IMG/VR virus record: IMGVR_UViG_2879039326_000005
DNA from: an uncultured virus (IMG/VR IMGVR_UViG_2879039326_000005)
Taxonomy: Duplodnaviria; Heunggongvirae; Uroviricota; Caudoviricetes
Length of the DNA stretch: 57,265 nt
Reading direction: 5' to 3' (one strand)
How positions within the stretch are numbered: the first letter of the stretch is position 1; each line of letters opens with the position of its first letter. Shown here piece by piece: positions 33,866 through 44,181 of the stretch. Below the pieces are notes generated by a model, which was given only the letters and a program-made list of their open reading frames with translations, did no database searches and was not told the DNA's origin. Made by a program: the position numbers and the translations under genes.

Positions 33866-34444
33866 ATGACCGAGAAATCAGACAAGAAGCCGCCAGCGAA
33901 GCGGCCGCCGCGTCGCACTGCTGGCACGGTGAATGACGCGCTCAACCCAGACCGCGACCATCGCAAGAAAACCCCAAAGCCTCGCACCAGCAAAGTGGCC
34001 CAGCCTGCCCAGCGGCACGGCGTGTACGCCAAGTTCTTTCCCGATGAGGTGATCGAGGATGCGGTGCGAGCCAACCTGTCCGACGAGCTGCTTGCTATGC
34101 GTTGCGGCTTCCGGAACGGCGTCATTACCCTGGGGCGCATCGCCAAGGATTTGGAGTTGCCGGAGGGTGAGCTGGACATAGAGCAGCGTATGGACCTCTA
34201 CAAGCTCTACACCAGAACGACGAGCGCCATGGACAGCGTGCTTGGCCGCATCATGCAGCTCGAGAAAACCATCGTAGAGATCCCCTATATCGTCGAGAGC
34301 ACCAAGCACAAGACGGTGCTGATGGAGAAAGACCGGGCGCTCACTGACAAAGCCAGGGCCGAATACGAGATCCTGCGCAAGGGGCGCAACACCGGCGTGC
34401 AGGTGATGTGGAACCTGGACTTTATGAACCAAAGGGGGGGGTGA
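33866..34444 (+). CDS. Terminase small subunit
   Basis: HGVYAKF motif; directly upstream of the large subunit. Confidence 0.75.
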   Translation: MTEKSDKKPPAKRPPRRTAGTVNDALNPDRDHRKKTPKPRTSKVAQPAQRHGVYAKFFPDEVIEDAVRANLSDELLAMRCGFRNGVITLGRIAKDLELPEGELDIEQRMDLYKLYTRTTSAMDSVLGRIMQLEKTIVEIPYIVESTKHKTVLMEKDRALTDKARAEYEILRKGRNTGVQVMWNLDFMNQRGG

Positions 34445-35997
34445 TGGAGGTTAGAACTATCACCTATTCCCCGAGCCCGACATTCGAAGCAATTCACCGG
34501 GATCGGCCCATGATCGCTGCCGTGCGCGGGCCGGTTGGCTCAGGCAAGTCGGTTGGGTGCGTGATGTTCATGCTAGATGTGGCCATCGCCCAAGAGCCCA
34601 ACGATGACGGCGTGAGGAAAACCCGCTGGGTCTGCATCCGAAACACCTACGGGGAACTCAAGGCCACGGTCATCAAGACCTTTCAGGACTGGATCCCGGA
34701 GGAGGTTTGCCCCATTAAGTGGGATGCCCCGATCGTAGGTTTGATGCGGATCCCGCACCCGGATGGGCTGACCGTCATTGATGCGGAGTTCTTTTTCCTG
34801 TCGATGGACCGGCCCAAGGATATTCGCAAGATGCTGTCCCTTGAGATGACCGGCGTCTGGATAAACGAGGCTCAGTTCCTCGACCTGAACATCGTGAACG
34901 AGGCGGCATCCCGGGCGGTGCAGGCCCGTTACCCATCCGGCAAGGACGGCGGCCCAACGTGGTGCGGGCTCATCATGGATACCAACTCACCGGATGAGGA
35001 CCACTGGTGGCATGAGTTTGAGCATGGCCAGGACGATGACGGCAACCCGCTCAAGCCGGTCGGTTGGAGTTTCTACGAGCAGCCGGGGGCCCTGGTCGAA
35101 GTATCGCCCGGTGCGCCGATGTCGCCAGACCTGCAAGCACTCATTGATGCTGGCTACTTCCGCGACTATCTGGGGCGCCGGTTCGTTGCCAACCCCAAGG
35201 CTGAGAACGTGAAGAACAACAAGAAGGGTTTTGATGCTTGGTTCGATCAGCTCGGCGGCAAGACGCTCAACTGGGTTCGGTCGCGGATTTGCAACCGATT
35301 TGCCACTGTGGCCACCGGCAAGCCGGTATTCATCGACCACTTCAACCGGGATCTGCATGTCGCTAAGGACAAGCTGGGTCCCATCAAGTCGCTGCCCATC
35401 ATCATCGGGATGGACTTCGGCCTGACTCCAGCCGCCATCATCGGCCAGGTAACCGCCTTCGGGCAGTTGCGCATCCTGGATGAGGTTGTGGCCACCGGCA
35501 TGGGGATCGAACGCTTCATTGATGAGCAGCTGTCTCCGCTACTGACCAGCCGCTACGCCAACATGGAGTTCACTATCTGGGGGGACCCAGCAGGTGTGGG
35601 CCGCAGTCAGGCAGACGAAACCACCTGCTTCGAAGTGCTTGGCAACAAGGGGATGAATGCAGAGCCTGCGCACACCAACAACCTGATGGCTCGCCTTGAG
35701 GGGGTCAGGTGGTGGCTATCTCGCCTTGTCGGTAAGGGGCAGCCTGCGCTCATCATCAGCCCGCACTGCAGGGTCATCATCAAGGCCTTCGAGACTGGCT
35801 ACCAGTACAAGCAGCTCAACGTGTCGGGCGCCACCAAGTTCACCGACCAGCCAGACAAGAACCAGTATTCCCACCCAGCAGACGCCACACAGTACCTGTG
35901 CCTTGGTGTCATGCCGGAACGTGACCGCAAAAAAACCATCGATAGCAATGCCACCAGGGCGGATCAGCGCGCCGCCGACTCTGTAACAGGATACTGA
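34444..35997 (+). CDS. Terminase large subunit
   Basis: Walker A GPVGSGKS, WINE, MDTN, nuclease GMDFG, SHPADATQY. Confidence 0.95.
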   Translation: MEVRTITYSPSPTFEAIHRDRPMIAAVRGPVGSGKSVGCVMFMLDVAIAQEPNDDGVRKTRWVCIRNTYGELKATVIKTFQDWIPEEVCPIKWDAPIVGLMRIPHPDGLTVIDAEFFFLSMDRPKDIRKMLSLEMTGVWINEAQFLDLNIVNEAASRAVQARYPSGKDGGPTWCGLIMDTNSPDEDHWWHEFEHGQDDDGNPLKPVGWSFYEQPGALVEVSPGAPMSPDLQALIDAGYFRDYLGRRFVANPKAENVKNNKKGFDAWFDQLGGKTLNWVRSRICNRFATVATGKPVFIDHFNRDLHVAKDKLGPIKSLPIIIGMDFGLTPAAIIGQVTAFGQLRILDEVVATGMGIERFIDEQLSPLLTSRYANMEFTIWGDPAGVGRSQADETTCFEVLGNKGMNAEPAHTNNLMARLEGVRWWLSRLVGKGQPALIISPHCRVIIKAFETGYQYKQLNVSGATKFTDQPDKNQYSHPADATQYLCLGVMPERDRKKTIDSNATRADQRAADSVTGY

Positions 35998-36001
35998 CAC
36001 C

Positions 36002-38206
36002 ATGCAAAAACCGACTGAAATCACACTGTCCTCCGGGATGGTGGAACAGCTCTCGCCCCTTGATCTGTTTGGTGCCAGCCGCTTTCGCGATATCGAGCAT
36101 CAGCTGCAGCAGCGCAGCCTTGTCGAACAGCGTTGGCTTGATGACCTGCGCCAGTATCGCGGGGAGTACGAGCCTGACTTTATCAAGGAGCTGGAGAAGG
36201 CCAAGAAGTCGCAGGCCTTCGTCAACATCACCCGCGAGAAGACCGACGCATGGGCTGCTCAGATGGGGGATATGCTGTTCCCTGTCGATGACAAGAACTA
36301 CGGGATCGCGCCATCGCCGGATCCGAAGCTCTCCATGCTGGCCAAGGGGGTGCAGCAGGGTATGGATGGTCAGCAACAGCCAACGACCGAGGCTCAGCAG
36401 GCTGCTGAGATACTGGCCGCTGCCCAGGCCGCCGCGACAGCAATGGAAAAGACGATTGATGACCAGCTGATCGCTTGTGACTACAACGCCGAATCGCGCC
36501 GGATGCTGCACTATGCCGCCAAGATAGGTACCGGGATCATCAAGGGTCCCATTGTAGAGAGTGCCATCAAGCAGGCGTGGCTGCCCGGCAAGGATGGGTC
36601 ATGGTCAGTTGAGATTGTGAAAGACCTCAAGCCGGGGGCTCGCTGTGTGCTGCCTTGGGACTTCGTGCCGGACATGGGGGCCACCCGTTGGGACGATTGC
36701 GAGTTCGTCTACGAGCGGGAGTACATGACCAAGAAGGAGCTGCGCAGGCTGCTCAATCTGGAATCTATGGGCTTCATTTCGACACAGGTAGAAAAGCTGC
36801 TGACGCAAGACCCATCTTCGACCCGCACCCGCTACGCCGAGTTCGTTGACCAGATCCGTTACCTGTGTGGGCTCAACCCAACCAACCAAGACTCCCGATT
36901 TGAGGTCTGGACCTATCACGGCCCAATCCCCGTTGAGGTGCTAGAGGTTGCCGGGGTTGATATCACAGAGCTGAAGGGGCGCGAGTTTGATGGCGTTGCC
37001 ATTTTCTCCGGTGACGTGATCCTGAAAGTGACCATCAACCCGATGGATACCATGGAGTGGCCTTACTCCGTCTATGTCTGCGAACCGGATGAGGGGAGCA
37101 TCTTCGGCCTGTCCATGCCGTACCTGATGCGCCACCCGCAGCGGATCATCAACAGCGCCTGGCGCGCCATGCTGGACAACGCCGCCAAGACCGTCGGGCC
37201 GCAGGTTGTGGTGAACAAGCGCCTGATTTCCCCAGTGGATGGAAATTGGGAGGCTACGCCATTCAAAGTGTGGGAAATGGACTCCAACCAGCAGTATGCA
37301 GAGGTGCAAAAGGCGTTCGGGGTATTCCACTTTGATAGCCGTCAGAGTGACATGGCCAACATACTGCAGCTGGCGCTCTCGCTGCTCGACAGAGAGGCCG
37401 GGGTGCCGATGATAAGCCAGGGTGAGCAGGGGCAGGTGACGCCGACCTTGGGTGGCATGAGCATGCTGATGAACGCCGCCAACGCCGTGCGCCGCCAGCA
37501 GGTGAAGGAGTATGACGACAATATCACTAAGCCAATGATCCGGCGCTTCTACAACTGGAACATGCAGTTCGGCGAGGACGCAGCCATCAAGGGCGATTTC
37601 GAGGTGCAGGCCAGGGGTACCAGTGCGCTGCTGGTCAAGGAGATCCAGACCGCCCAACTGACCCAGATCCTGGACAAGTACACCCAGAACCCGACCTTTG
37701 CGCCGATGTTCAAGCCGTATGAGGCGATGAAGACCCTGTTCCAGTCCATGCACATCGACAATGCCAAGGTATTGCGCAGCCAGGAAGAGTACGACGCAGC
37801 CATCAAACAGCAGCAAGAGGCTGGGCAGCAGGATCCGCAACTGGTCAAGTTGCAGATGGAGCAGCAGCTGGCTCAGGTCAAGTTTGAGCATGAGACCCAG
37901 CTTGCCCAGATGAAGAGTGCCGGCGCCCTGCAGATGGCGCAGATGCAGGCGTCACTCAAACAGATGGAGCTGGAGTTCTCCAGCCAATACAAGTTGGCCA
38001 CTATGCAGTTGCAGCATGAAGACAGCCAGCGACGTGAGCGCATCGAGCTGATGAAGCTGGCCCAGAACAAGCAGATGAGCCAGGAGCGACTGATGATCGA
38101 ACTGGAGAAGCTGGATAAGGCGCAGGCTCACGACACCCAGAAGTTCATGGCCGAGGTCAAGATGAAGCAGATCCTGCCGCCGACCGGGAATTACGGGTTA
38201 GATTAG
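36002..38206 (+). CDS. Portal protein with long Gln/Met-rich C-terminal helix
   Basis: Follows TerL; GTGIIKGP motif; 734 aa as in podoviral portals. Confidence 0.85.
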   Translation: MQKPTEITLSSGMVEQLSPLDLFGASRFRDIEHQLQQRSLVEQRWLDDLRQYRGEYEPDFIKELEKAKKSQAFVNITREKTDAWAAQMGDMLFPVDDKNYGIAPSPDPKLSMLAKGVQQGMDGQQQPTTEAQQAAEILAAAQAAATAMEKTIDDQLIACDYNAESRRMLHYAAKIGTGIIKGPIVESAIKQAWLPGKDGSWSVEIVKDLKPGARCVLPWDFVPDMGATRWDDCEFVYEREYMTKKELRRLLNLESMGFISTQVEKLLTQDPSSTRTRYAEFVDQIRYLCGLNPTNQDSRFEVWTYHGPIPVEVLEVAGVDITELKGREFDGVAIFSGDVILKVTINPMDTMEWPYSVYVCEPDEGSIFGLSMPYLMRHPQRIINSAWRAMLDNAAKTVGPQVVVNKRLISPVDGNWEATPFKVWEMDSNQQYAEVQKAFGVFHFDSRQSDMANILQLALSLLDREAGVPMISQGEQGQVTPTLGGMSMLMNAANAVRRQQVKEYDDNITKPMIRRFYNWNMQFGEDAAIKGDFEVQARGTSALLVKEIQTAQLTQILDKYTQNPTFAPMFKPYEAMKTLFQSMHIDNAKVLRSQEEYDAAIKQQQEAGQQDPQLVKLQMEQQLAQVKFEHETQLAQMKSAGALQMAQMQASLKQMELEFSSQYKLATMQLQHEDSQRRERIELMKLAQNKQMSQERLMIELEKLDKAQAHDTQKFMAEVKMKQILPPTGNYGLD

Positions 38207-38212
38207 GAGTAG

Positions 38213-38339
38213 TTGACTTTTACAGCAGGTGGCACAAAATAGCTCTAAGACTGCCAGATTCTCATTTGCCCCGCCTTGTGCGGGGTTTTGTGTTTCTGGG
38301 GTGCGCATATTATGCCCGGCCATGTGCCGGGCTTTTTTA
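38213..38339 (+). promoter_or_regulatory. Late promoter-like element with two terminators (copy 2)
   Basis: TTGACT-N16-CAAAAT containing GTGGCACAAAAT; hairpins+T at 38268-38289 and 38314-38338. Confidence 0.6.
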
Positions 38340-38351
38340 TTGGGGATGGGT

Positions 38352-38504
38352 ATGAGTGAAGCCAAATACTACCCATTTTGTCAGCGCGATATTGAGCCAG
38401 AGCAGGAAGATGGCGTCGTCATTGGGCTGGCTTCCGGCAACAGGGTTTATGTCCACGACGATGTGAGGCATGACCCTGACTATCAATTTGGAGAGTTGCA
38501 ATGA
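38352..38504 (+). CDS. Small acidic hypothetical protein (50 aa)
   Basis: ATG 38352; coupled to next gene. Confidence 0.5.
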   Translation: MSEAKYYPFCQRDIEPEQEDGVVIGLASGNRVYVHDDVRHDPDYQFGELQ

Positions 38505-38983
38505 GCGTTCAGCAAATCGAGCAAGAGATTCAAGCCAAGGGGCTGACTGCGCCGCGTGTCACTCCGCAGAGCATCGAAGAAGTGATCGCCAGTGAGTATT
38601 ATTTCACCGCGGCAGATGGCGTTGCTGGCGCAGCAGCAGCTTGCACTCTGCATTGCCATCACGCGGACGTGGACACCATCAAGGAGCAGGCCCCGCTTCC
38701 TCCTTACCAATCGCATCGCCTGCTGACCTTCTGCGTCATCACGCTGAAGAACGGATTCACCGTCACCGGCGAAAGCGCCTGCGCCAGTCCGGAGAACTTC
38801 AGCGCCGAGCTGGGCCGCAAGATCGCCCGAGAGAACGCGATCAACAAGGTGTGGATGCTGGAATGCTACCTGCTGAAGCAGCAGCTGCACGACGCGAAGA
38901 ATGCTGTAGTCCTGACCGATGCCGACGCACTGGCCGACCTGAACGGCACGCCTCGCCCTGATAACCCATCCGTGGCGAGCTGA
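38501..38983 (+). CDS. N4 Gp49/Sf6 gp66-family protein
   Basis: KGLTAPRVTP..IE..I...LTFCVITLKNGFTVTGESACASPENF.AELGRKIARENAINKVW.LE.YLL. Confidence 0.9.
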   Translation: MSVQQIEQEIQAKGLTAPRVTPQSIEEVIASEYYFTAADGVAGAAAACTLHCHHADVDTIKEQAPLPPYQSHRLLTFCVITLKNGFTVTGESACASPENFSAELGRKIARENAINKVWMLECYLLKQQLHDAKNAVVLTDADALADLNGTPRPDNPSVAS

Positions 38984-38990
38984 CACCAGC

Positions 38991-39161
38991 ATGCTCACCC
39001 GTAGCCAGGACACCAATACCGTCTTGCTCCACCTGCAGGACCAGCTCAAGCAGCTGCGCTCTGACCTGGAGCAGGACATGGAACACGAGCAGACCCAGGC
39101 CACCCGAGCCCAGATCCGTTTGCTCGACAGCCTTATCAAAGATTTCACGCCAGCCGAGTAA
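38991..39161 (+). CDS. Small helical head-module protein (56 aa)
   Basis: Read manually: MLTRSQDTNTVLLHLQDQLKQLRSDLE...; strong codon bias; followed by terminator. Confidence 0.6.
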   Translation: MLTRSQDTNTVLLHLQDQLKQLRSDLEQDMEHEQTQATRAQIRLLDSLIKDFTPAE

Positions 39162-39178
39162 TTCCGGCAAGCCACTGT

Positions 39179-39204
39179 AGCCCGCCCTGTGCGGGCTTTT
39201 TTTT
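39179..39204 (+). terminator. Intrinsic terminator
   Basis: AGCCCGC-CCTGT-GCGGGCT followed by a T run. Confidence 0.75.
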
Positions 39205-39216
39205 TGGAGATTTTAC

Positions 39217-40203
39217 ATGGATCACCTGAACGACCAAGCCGCAACAGAAGCCCACCAGGACGCCGCCGATGGCCGCGATCTGGACGTGTTCGCACAGGCT
39301 GCTGGTGCCGCTGATGCGCGTTTGCGTGGTGAGCCCGCAACCAGCGAGCCGCAAAACGACGAGCAGCACGGAGAAGACCAGGCCGGCGCCACCACTGGCG
39401 ACGATGAACAGCATCAACAGGAGGCCGCCTCTGCTGCAGAGCAGCAAGCCGCATCCGAAGATGACCTGTTTGCTGATGCATCACCCGAGCAGCGCGCCTA
39501 TCTGCAATCGCTGTTAGCTGACCGGGATCGGGAGGCTCAGGCCGCTCGCTCAGCCAACGGTCGCTATGCCGCTACAAAGCGGCAACTTGATGAGAAAGAG
39601 CGCCAGTTCAATGAGCAGATCAACAGCATCCAGCAGGCAGACAAGAGGGGGGATGGTAAGGACGCCACCCGCCAGCTCGACGCCCTGGAAAGCCGCATTG
39701 CAGCGATGCGCGAGGATTACCCCGACATTGCTGACCATATGCAAGGCGTTGCTGATGCCCTGCGCGATGGACTGCGCAGCGAAATCTCGCAAGTAAAGGA
39801 GCCGGTTGCCCAACTGCGTGAGCAGGCACGGGCACGCCGGCACGAAGAGCTGATCACCATCGAGACTGACGAGTTGATGCGTCGGCACCCCGATGCTGAA
39901 AAGGTTGTTGTGAGCCAGGAGTTTCAAACCTGGATCGCCCAGCAGCCAGCCTCCGTGCAGAACATCGCCAACTCTGACAGCGCAGCAGACGCCGATGTGG
40001 TGCTGACCCTCTACAAGTCCACCCAGCTCCAAGCTCAAGCAGCTCAAGCCCAACGCAACGCGCAGCGCCAGCGCAAATTGGCAGATATGGCTCCGCTCGG
40101 CGGCAGCCAGGGCCGCGCCACGGTTGATACAGCGGATGAGTCCTCTGTTTTTGCCCGTGCCGCAGCCGACTCTGATAAGCGGCTGGCGCAGCGCAAATAC
40201 TGA
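39217..40203 (+). CDS. Capsid scaffolding protein
   Basis: Acidic, coiled-coil; immediately upstream of capsid gene. Confidence 0.75.
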   Translation: MDHLNDQAATEAHQDAADGRDLDVFAQAAGAADARLRGEPATSEPQNDEQHGEDQAGATTGDDEQHQQEAASAAEQQAASEDDLFADASPEQRAYLQSLLADRDREAQAARSANGRYAATKRQLDEKERQFNEQINSIQQADKRGDGKDATRQLDALESRIAAMREDYPDIADHMQGVADALRDGLRSEISQVKEPVAQLREQARARRHEELITIETDELMRRHPDAEKVVVSQEFQTWIAQQPASVQNIANSDSAADADVVLTLYKSTQLQAQAAQAQRNAQRQRKLADMAPLGGSQGRATVDTADESSVFARAAADSDKRLAQRKY

Positions 40204-40220
40204 TTCAGGAGAGATAAGTC

Positions 40221-41222
40221 ATGGCTACTACTACCTACGGGGATATCTCCCCGCGTGTCGGCATCATCGCCGAAGTGAAGATGCTCGAGCACGCCGAGCC
40301 GATCCTGGTGCTGCAAAAGTTTGGTGACCCCAAGCCGCAGCCCAAGAACAAGGGTCAGACCGTCAAGTTCCGCCGCCCTGTGCCGTTCGCACCGGCCACC
40401 ACGCCGCTTACCGAAGGCGTCACTCCTGCCAGCAAAAAGATGGCCTATCAGGATGTGACCGTCGGCATGTCTCAGTACGGTGACTGGTGCGAAATCACCG
40501 ATGTGATCGCCGACACCCACGAAGACCCAGTGCTGCAGGATGTGCAGATGCTGCTGGGCGAGCAGGCTGGCGAAACCTTTGAGTTGCTGACATGGGGGGT
40601 TATCTCCGGTGGCACCAACGTTATTTATGCGAATGGTTCTGCTCGTAACGGCGTGAACACTGCGATCAGCCTCAACAAACTGCGTCTGGCTGCTCGTTCG
40701 CTCAAGAAGCAACGCGCCAAGAAGATCACCAAGATCTTGGCGCCGTCCGTCAACGTGGCAACCAAGCCGGTGGAAGCAGCCTTCGTAGTGGTCGCACACA
40801 CCGACTGCGATTCCGACATTCGTGGTCTGGCTGGCTTCAAGTCGGTTGCAGAGTACGGTACCCGTCAGCCACTGTGCCCGGAAGAAATCGGCTCTGTGGA
40901 AGAGTTCCGCTTTGTGCTGTCCCCGGTGTTGGCCTCCCTGCCGGATGCCGGTGGCGCCAAGGGCACTATGGTATCCACTGGCGGCACCAGCGCTGATGTG
41001 TACCCCATGGTGGTCCTGGCGCAGAACTCTTTCGGTATCGTCCCGCTCAAGGGTAACGGCGGCCCTGGTTCCATTGTTCCAATGATCCTGAACCCCAACA
41101 CCCCGCGCGGTGGTGACCCGCTTGGCCAACGTGGCTCCGCCTCCTGGAAGAGCTGGTTCACTGCAGTTCGCCTCAATGAGCTGTGGATGACCCGTATTGA
41201 GGTAGCGGTTACCGCCCTCTAA
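40221..41222 (+). CDS. Major capsid protein (N4-gp56 family)
   Basis: TTYGDISPR, PLTEGVTP, QYG, GDPLGQRG motifs. Confidence 0.92.
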   Translation: MATTTYGDISPRVGIIAEVKMLEHAEPILVLQKFGDPKPQPKNKGQTVKFRRPVPFAPATTPLTEGVTPASKKMAYQDVTVGMSQYGDWCEITDVIADTHEDPVLQDVQMLLGEQAGETFELLTWGVISGGTNVIYANGSARNGVNTAISLNKLRLAARSLKKQRAKKITKILAPSVNVATKPVEAAFVVVAHTDCDSDIRGLAGFKSVAEYGTRQPLCPEEIGSVEEFRFVLSPVLASLPDAGGAKGTMVSTGGTSADVYPMVVLAQNSFGIVPLKGNGGPGSIVPMILNPNTPRGGDPLGQRGSASWKSWFTAVRLNELWMTRIEVAVTAL

Positions 41223-41237
41223 TCCGCAACCAACCAT

Positions 41238-41261
41238 AGGCCCGCCAAGTGCGGGCCTTTT
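41238..41261 (+). terminator. Terminator after capsid gene
   Basis: AGGCCCGC-CAAGT-GCGGGCCTTTT. Confidence 0.75.
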
Positions 41262-41282
41262 CTTTTTCTGGAGACAAGCACC

Positions 41283-41738
41283 ATGGAACTGATCGACCTC
41301 AATAACGCATCGCCTGCCGATTTGCGCAAATACCTGTCCGATAACTTCGGCATCGACAAAGCGGCCAATACCAGCCGCGACAAGTTGGTCGCCGAGATCA
41401 TCGAGCAGGAGCAGGCGAACGGCGTAACCCGCGACGCAAACACTGCGCCGAGTGCCGAAGCAATTACCGGTGTGCCTAGTGCCGAGCAGCGCGAGCTGAA
41501 CAAAGCCAAGCGGGTAAAAATCCGCATCTCGCGCGATCCCCACAGTCGCGGTAACGATGATGTCTACGCCGGAGTAAACGGCGTCGCCTACATCATCCAG
41601 CGCGAGAAGACAGTGGAAGTACCTGAACCGGTGTATCAGGTGTTACTGCAGGCCACAGAAACCCGTTACGAGCAGAACGATGATGGTTCCCTCATTCCTC
41701 GCACTGTGCAGTCCTACCCGGTCAGCCTGGTCGGCTAA
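41283..41738 (+). CDS. Virion-associated hypothetical protein
   Basis: V.VNG..Y.IQR...VEVPE.V motif; post-capsid position. Confidence 0.7.
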   Translation: MELIDLNNASPADLRKYLSDNFGIDKAANTSRDKLVAEIIEQEQANGVTRDANTAPSAEAITGVPSAEQRELNKAKRVKIRISRDPHSRGNDDVYAGVNGVAYIIQREKTVEVPEPVYQVLLQATETRYEQNDDGSLIPRTVQSYPVSLVG

Positions 41739-41740
41739 TC

Positions 41741-42136
41741 ATGACCTTCCTCGAGCTATGCAGGCGGTATGCCGCAGAGGTGCACGACCTCGGTGGCCCA
41801 CCGAAAAACCTGGCTGATGGCAACCCCCGCACCCTGGCCGCAGCAGACGCGATCCGTGAAAGCTGGGAGAAGATCCAGCTGCTGCGTAATGACTGGGAGT
41901 GGTTGCGTGGTGAAACACCAATGCCGACCCAAACGATGACGGTAGAGTCGGACGTGCCGCACATTGAGCCGCCCTATCATATGGCTATCGTCTGGTATGC
42001 AGTCGCTCAGAGTGGGTATCGACAGGCCGCCACTGAGCTGATCGCCATCGGTGAGCGCGAGTGGAATGTCTATTACGGGTTACTGGTGAAGCGGTACGTG
42101 CCACCACTGTCGCTGGTTAGCGGGGCCTCATGGTGA
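41741..42136 (+). CDS. Head-tail adaptor-like protein
   Basis: MTFLELCRR...W.W...P.IEPPYHMAIVWYA. Confidence 0.65.
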   Translation: MTFLELCRRYAAEVHDLGGPPKNLADGNPRTLAAADAIRESWEKIQLLRNDWEWLRGETPMPTQTMTVESDVPHIEPPYHMAIVWYAVAQSGYRQAATELIAIGEREWNVYYGLLVKRYVPPLSLVSGASW

Positions 42137-44181
42137 AAATGCCAACTCGAAATAGCACATTCATTCCGCTGAAAGGGGGCATTGATCTATCAACCACGCC
42201 GCTGGCGAAGGCTCCCGGGTTTGCGCTGGCAGCGGTGAACGTCGATGCATTGGCAAGTGGCGGTTACGCCAGAACGCTTGGCTATGACCGCTTTGATGGT
42301 CACCCATCACCCAGCAGAAACCGAAAGTTCACCTCAATTGATGTGGGTGATGCCCCTGACGCTGCTCATCCAGTATTCACCGCCATCACTTGGGCGGGAG
42401 GTAGTGGGGCGTACTTGTCCCGATCGGGTCATTTCATTAACGCCGTCATTATTGAAGGCAGCATTACCGCGGGAACGATTTTGGATATAGCCGGTGTCGG
42501 CTATGTCGCGCAGCAGGATGGCCGCGAATACAGCAAAACCAAGGCCGAGAACATTGCAAACCAAGCCATTGCCGCAGATTGGCGCCGTTCGCAAATAGGC
42601 CCGGTGCCGGGAGTGGGGCCTGTGCGCGGGGTTATCGCTGTGCGCGGTGCTGTGTTTGCCGTTCGGGACATTGACGTTAACACTGGCGGCTTGTTCATGG
42701 CTTCCGAAGCGGGTTGGCAGCAGATAACCTCATTTGGTTGGGTGCTGACGGTCACCAATGTGGCCAACATCTCGAACGGGGATGTCACCCTCACTCGAAC
42801 CGGTGACAACAAAGTTTTCAGGTGTGTTGCCCAGTTGGCGGCTGATGGCAAGAGCGGGGTCGTCGTCGTAGCCCCAGGTGACGCGCCGGCTGTTGGCAAT
42901 GTGCTTACTGGGCTTGGTGATGCCACGTGCACGGTTGCCAGCGTTGATGCGATAACCATTAAGGCGGGCGGGAGCTATCAGGCCGCCGTACACAACTTCT
43001 TTGGTGGTACTGGGCAGCGGGCCGCCTATGTGGCATCAGGTGTGCAGAGGGCCTTTGAGTTGAGGGAGGACGGGTGGCTTGTCCCGCTCCACGCCCAGCC
43101 TGATGCAACAAAAGACAAGCCACTGGCGATCGCCATCCACTCAGGTCATCTGTTCCTCGGGTACGAAGGGGGGCAGTACCAGCATAGCGCGCCTGGCAAC
43201 CCACACACCTGGAGCGCCCTGCTGGGGGCGGAGTCATTCTCTATTGGTGATGAGATCACAGCGATGCTGCCGACGACTGGTGGCGTGCTGGTGATTGCAT
43301 CAGCTCGACGGGTCTTTGGCCTCTATGGGTCTAGTTCGAAGGACTGGGAGCAGAGAGCCCTTTCTGAGTCGGTGGGTATTGCTGCTGGGACTGGGCAATC
43401 CCTGTTTCTCCCGGTGGGTCTGTCAGACCGAGGATTGGTCAGACTGGACCGGGTTCAGGAGTTTGGCGATTTCGCACTTAATCAGCTCGATCCGGATCAC
43501 CACTTCAAGGCGATGATTGACGGGATGGATTGGGCTTTTTCCACGCAGATCGCAGAGCTAAACCAATACCGACTATTCAGCCGAGGGCTGACGCATCTTG
43601 CTGTCACCATTTTGGCTGATGGGTCACCGATGGCCACCACGTTTCAATATCCATCTGCGGTGGCAGGGGTCTGGCGTTACACGGAGCAGGGGGAGCAACT
43701 ATTTTTCTGTTTAAGTGGTAGTGAGGGGATGGTGTTCACTATCGATAAGGAATCTCGGTCTTTTGATGGTGCCGCGATTTCATGGCGGATCCGTTTGCCA
43801 TTCGCTCACTCAGGTTCGCCGGGGGTGAAAAAAACCTGGCTTACCGCGCTTGTGGAGCAAACATCCCCTAATCAGGCGCCAATCCAGGTTAAGTGGTCTA
43901 TTGACCACATGATTGACGCTCACTTTACAAGCCAGAAGGTTCACTCGATTGTGTCAGAGGACCCTTCTGCAGCGTGGGATCAGGTTGCCATCTGGAATCA
44001 AACTCAGTGGAACCAGTTTTACTGGAGCGGTAGTTACGGGTACACCAATGCACCGATAGACCTCTCTGGCACCTCGGCGTCTATCTCGATATTGATGGGG
44101 GGCGCAAGTTCATCAGATCCAAATTTCACCATTACTGGCGTAACTCTGGATTATTTCGCTAGGAGGGCAAGGCGTGGCTAA
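42130..44181 (+). CDS. Tail nozzle / DNA-stabilisation protein
   Basis: 683 aa, beta-rich; position typical of P22 gp10/T7 gp12 equivalents. Confidence 0.7.
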   Translation: MVKMPTRNSTFIPLKGGIDLSTTPLAKAPGFALAAVNVDALASGGYARTLGYDRFDGHPSPSRNRKFTSIDVGDAPDAAHPVFTAITWAGGSGAYLSRSGHFINAVIIEGSITAGTILDIAGVGYVAQQDGREYSKTKAENIANQAIAADWRRSQIGPVPGVGPVRGVIAVRGAVFAVRDIDVNTGGLFMASEAGWQQITSFGWVLTVTNVANISNGDVTLTRTGDNKVFRCVAQLAADGKSGVVVVAPGDAPAVGNVLTGLGDATCTVASVDAITIKAGGSYQAAVHNFFGGTGQRAAYVASGVQRAFELREDGWLVPLHAQPDATKDKPLAIAIHSGHLFLGYEGGQYQHSAPGNPHTWSALLGAESFSIGDEITAMLPTTGGVLVIASARRVFGLYGSSSKDWEQRALSESVGIAAGTGQSLFLPVGLSDRGLVRLDRVQEFGDFALNQLDPDHHFKAMIDGMDWAFSTQIAELNQYRLFSRGLTHLAVTILADGSPMATTFQYPSAVAGVWRYTEQGEQLFFCLSGSEGMVFTIDKESRSFDGAAISWRIRLPFAHSGSPGVKKTWLTALVEQTSPNQAPIQVKWSIDHMIDAHFTSQKVHSIVSEDPSAAWDQVAIWNQTQWNQFYWSGSYGYTNAPIDLSGTSASISILMGGASSSDPNFTITGVTLDYFARRARRG

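Noticed and set aside
22978..41261. Recurring GCCCGC-N5-GCGGGC hairpins as a mobile repeat family
   Set aside because: They are standard intrinsic terminators at gene ends.
40044..41543. 499-aa minus-strand ORF, and similar long antisense ORFs at 11863-13023, 18528-19601 and 36941-37891
   Set aside because: They mirror clearly identified genes (capsid, rdgC, recT, portal); expected in GC-rich DNA.
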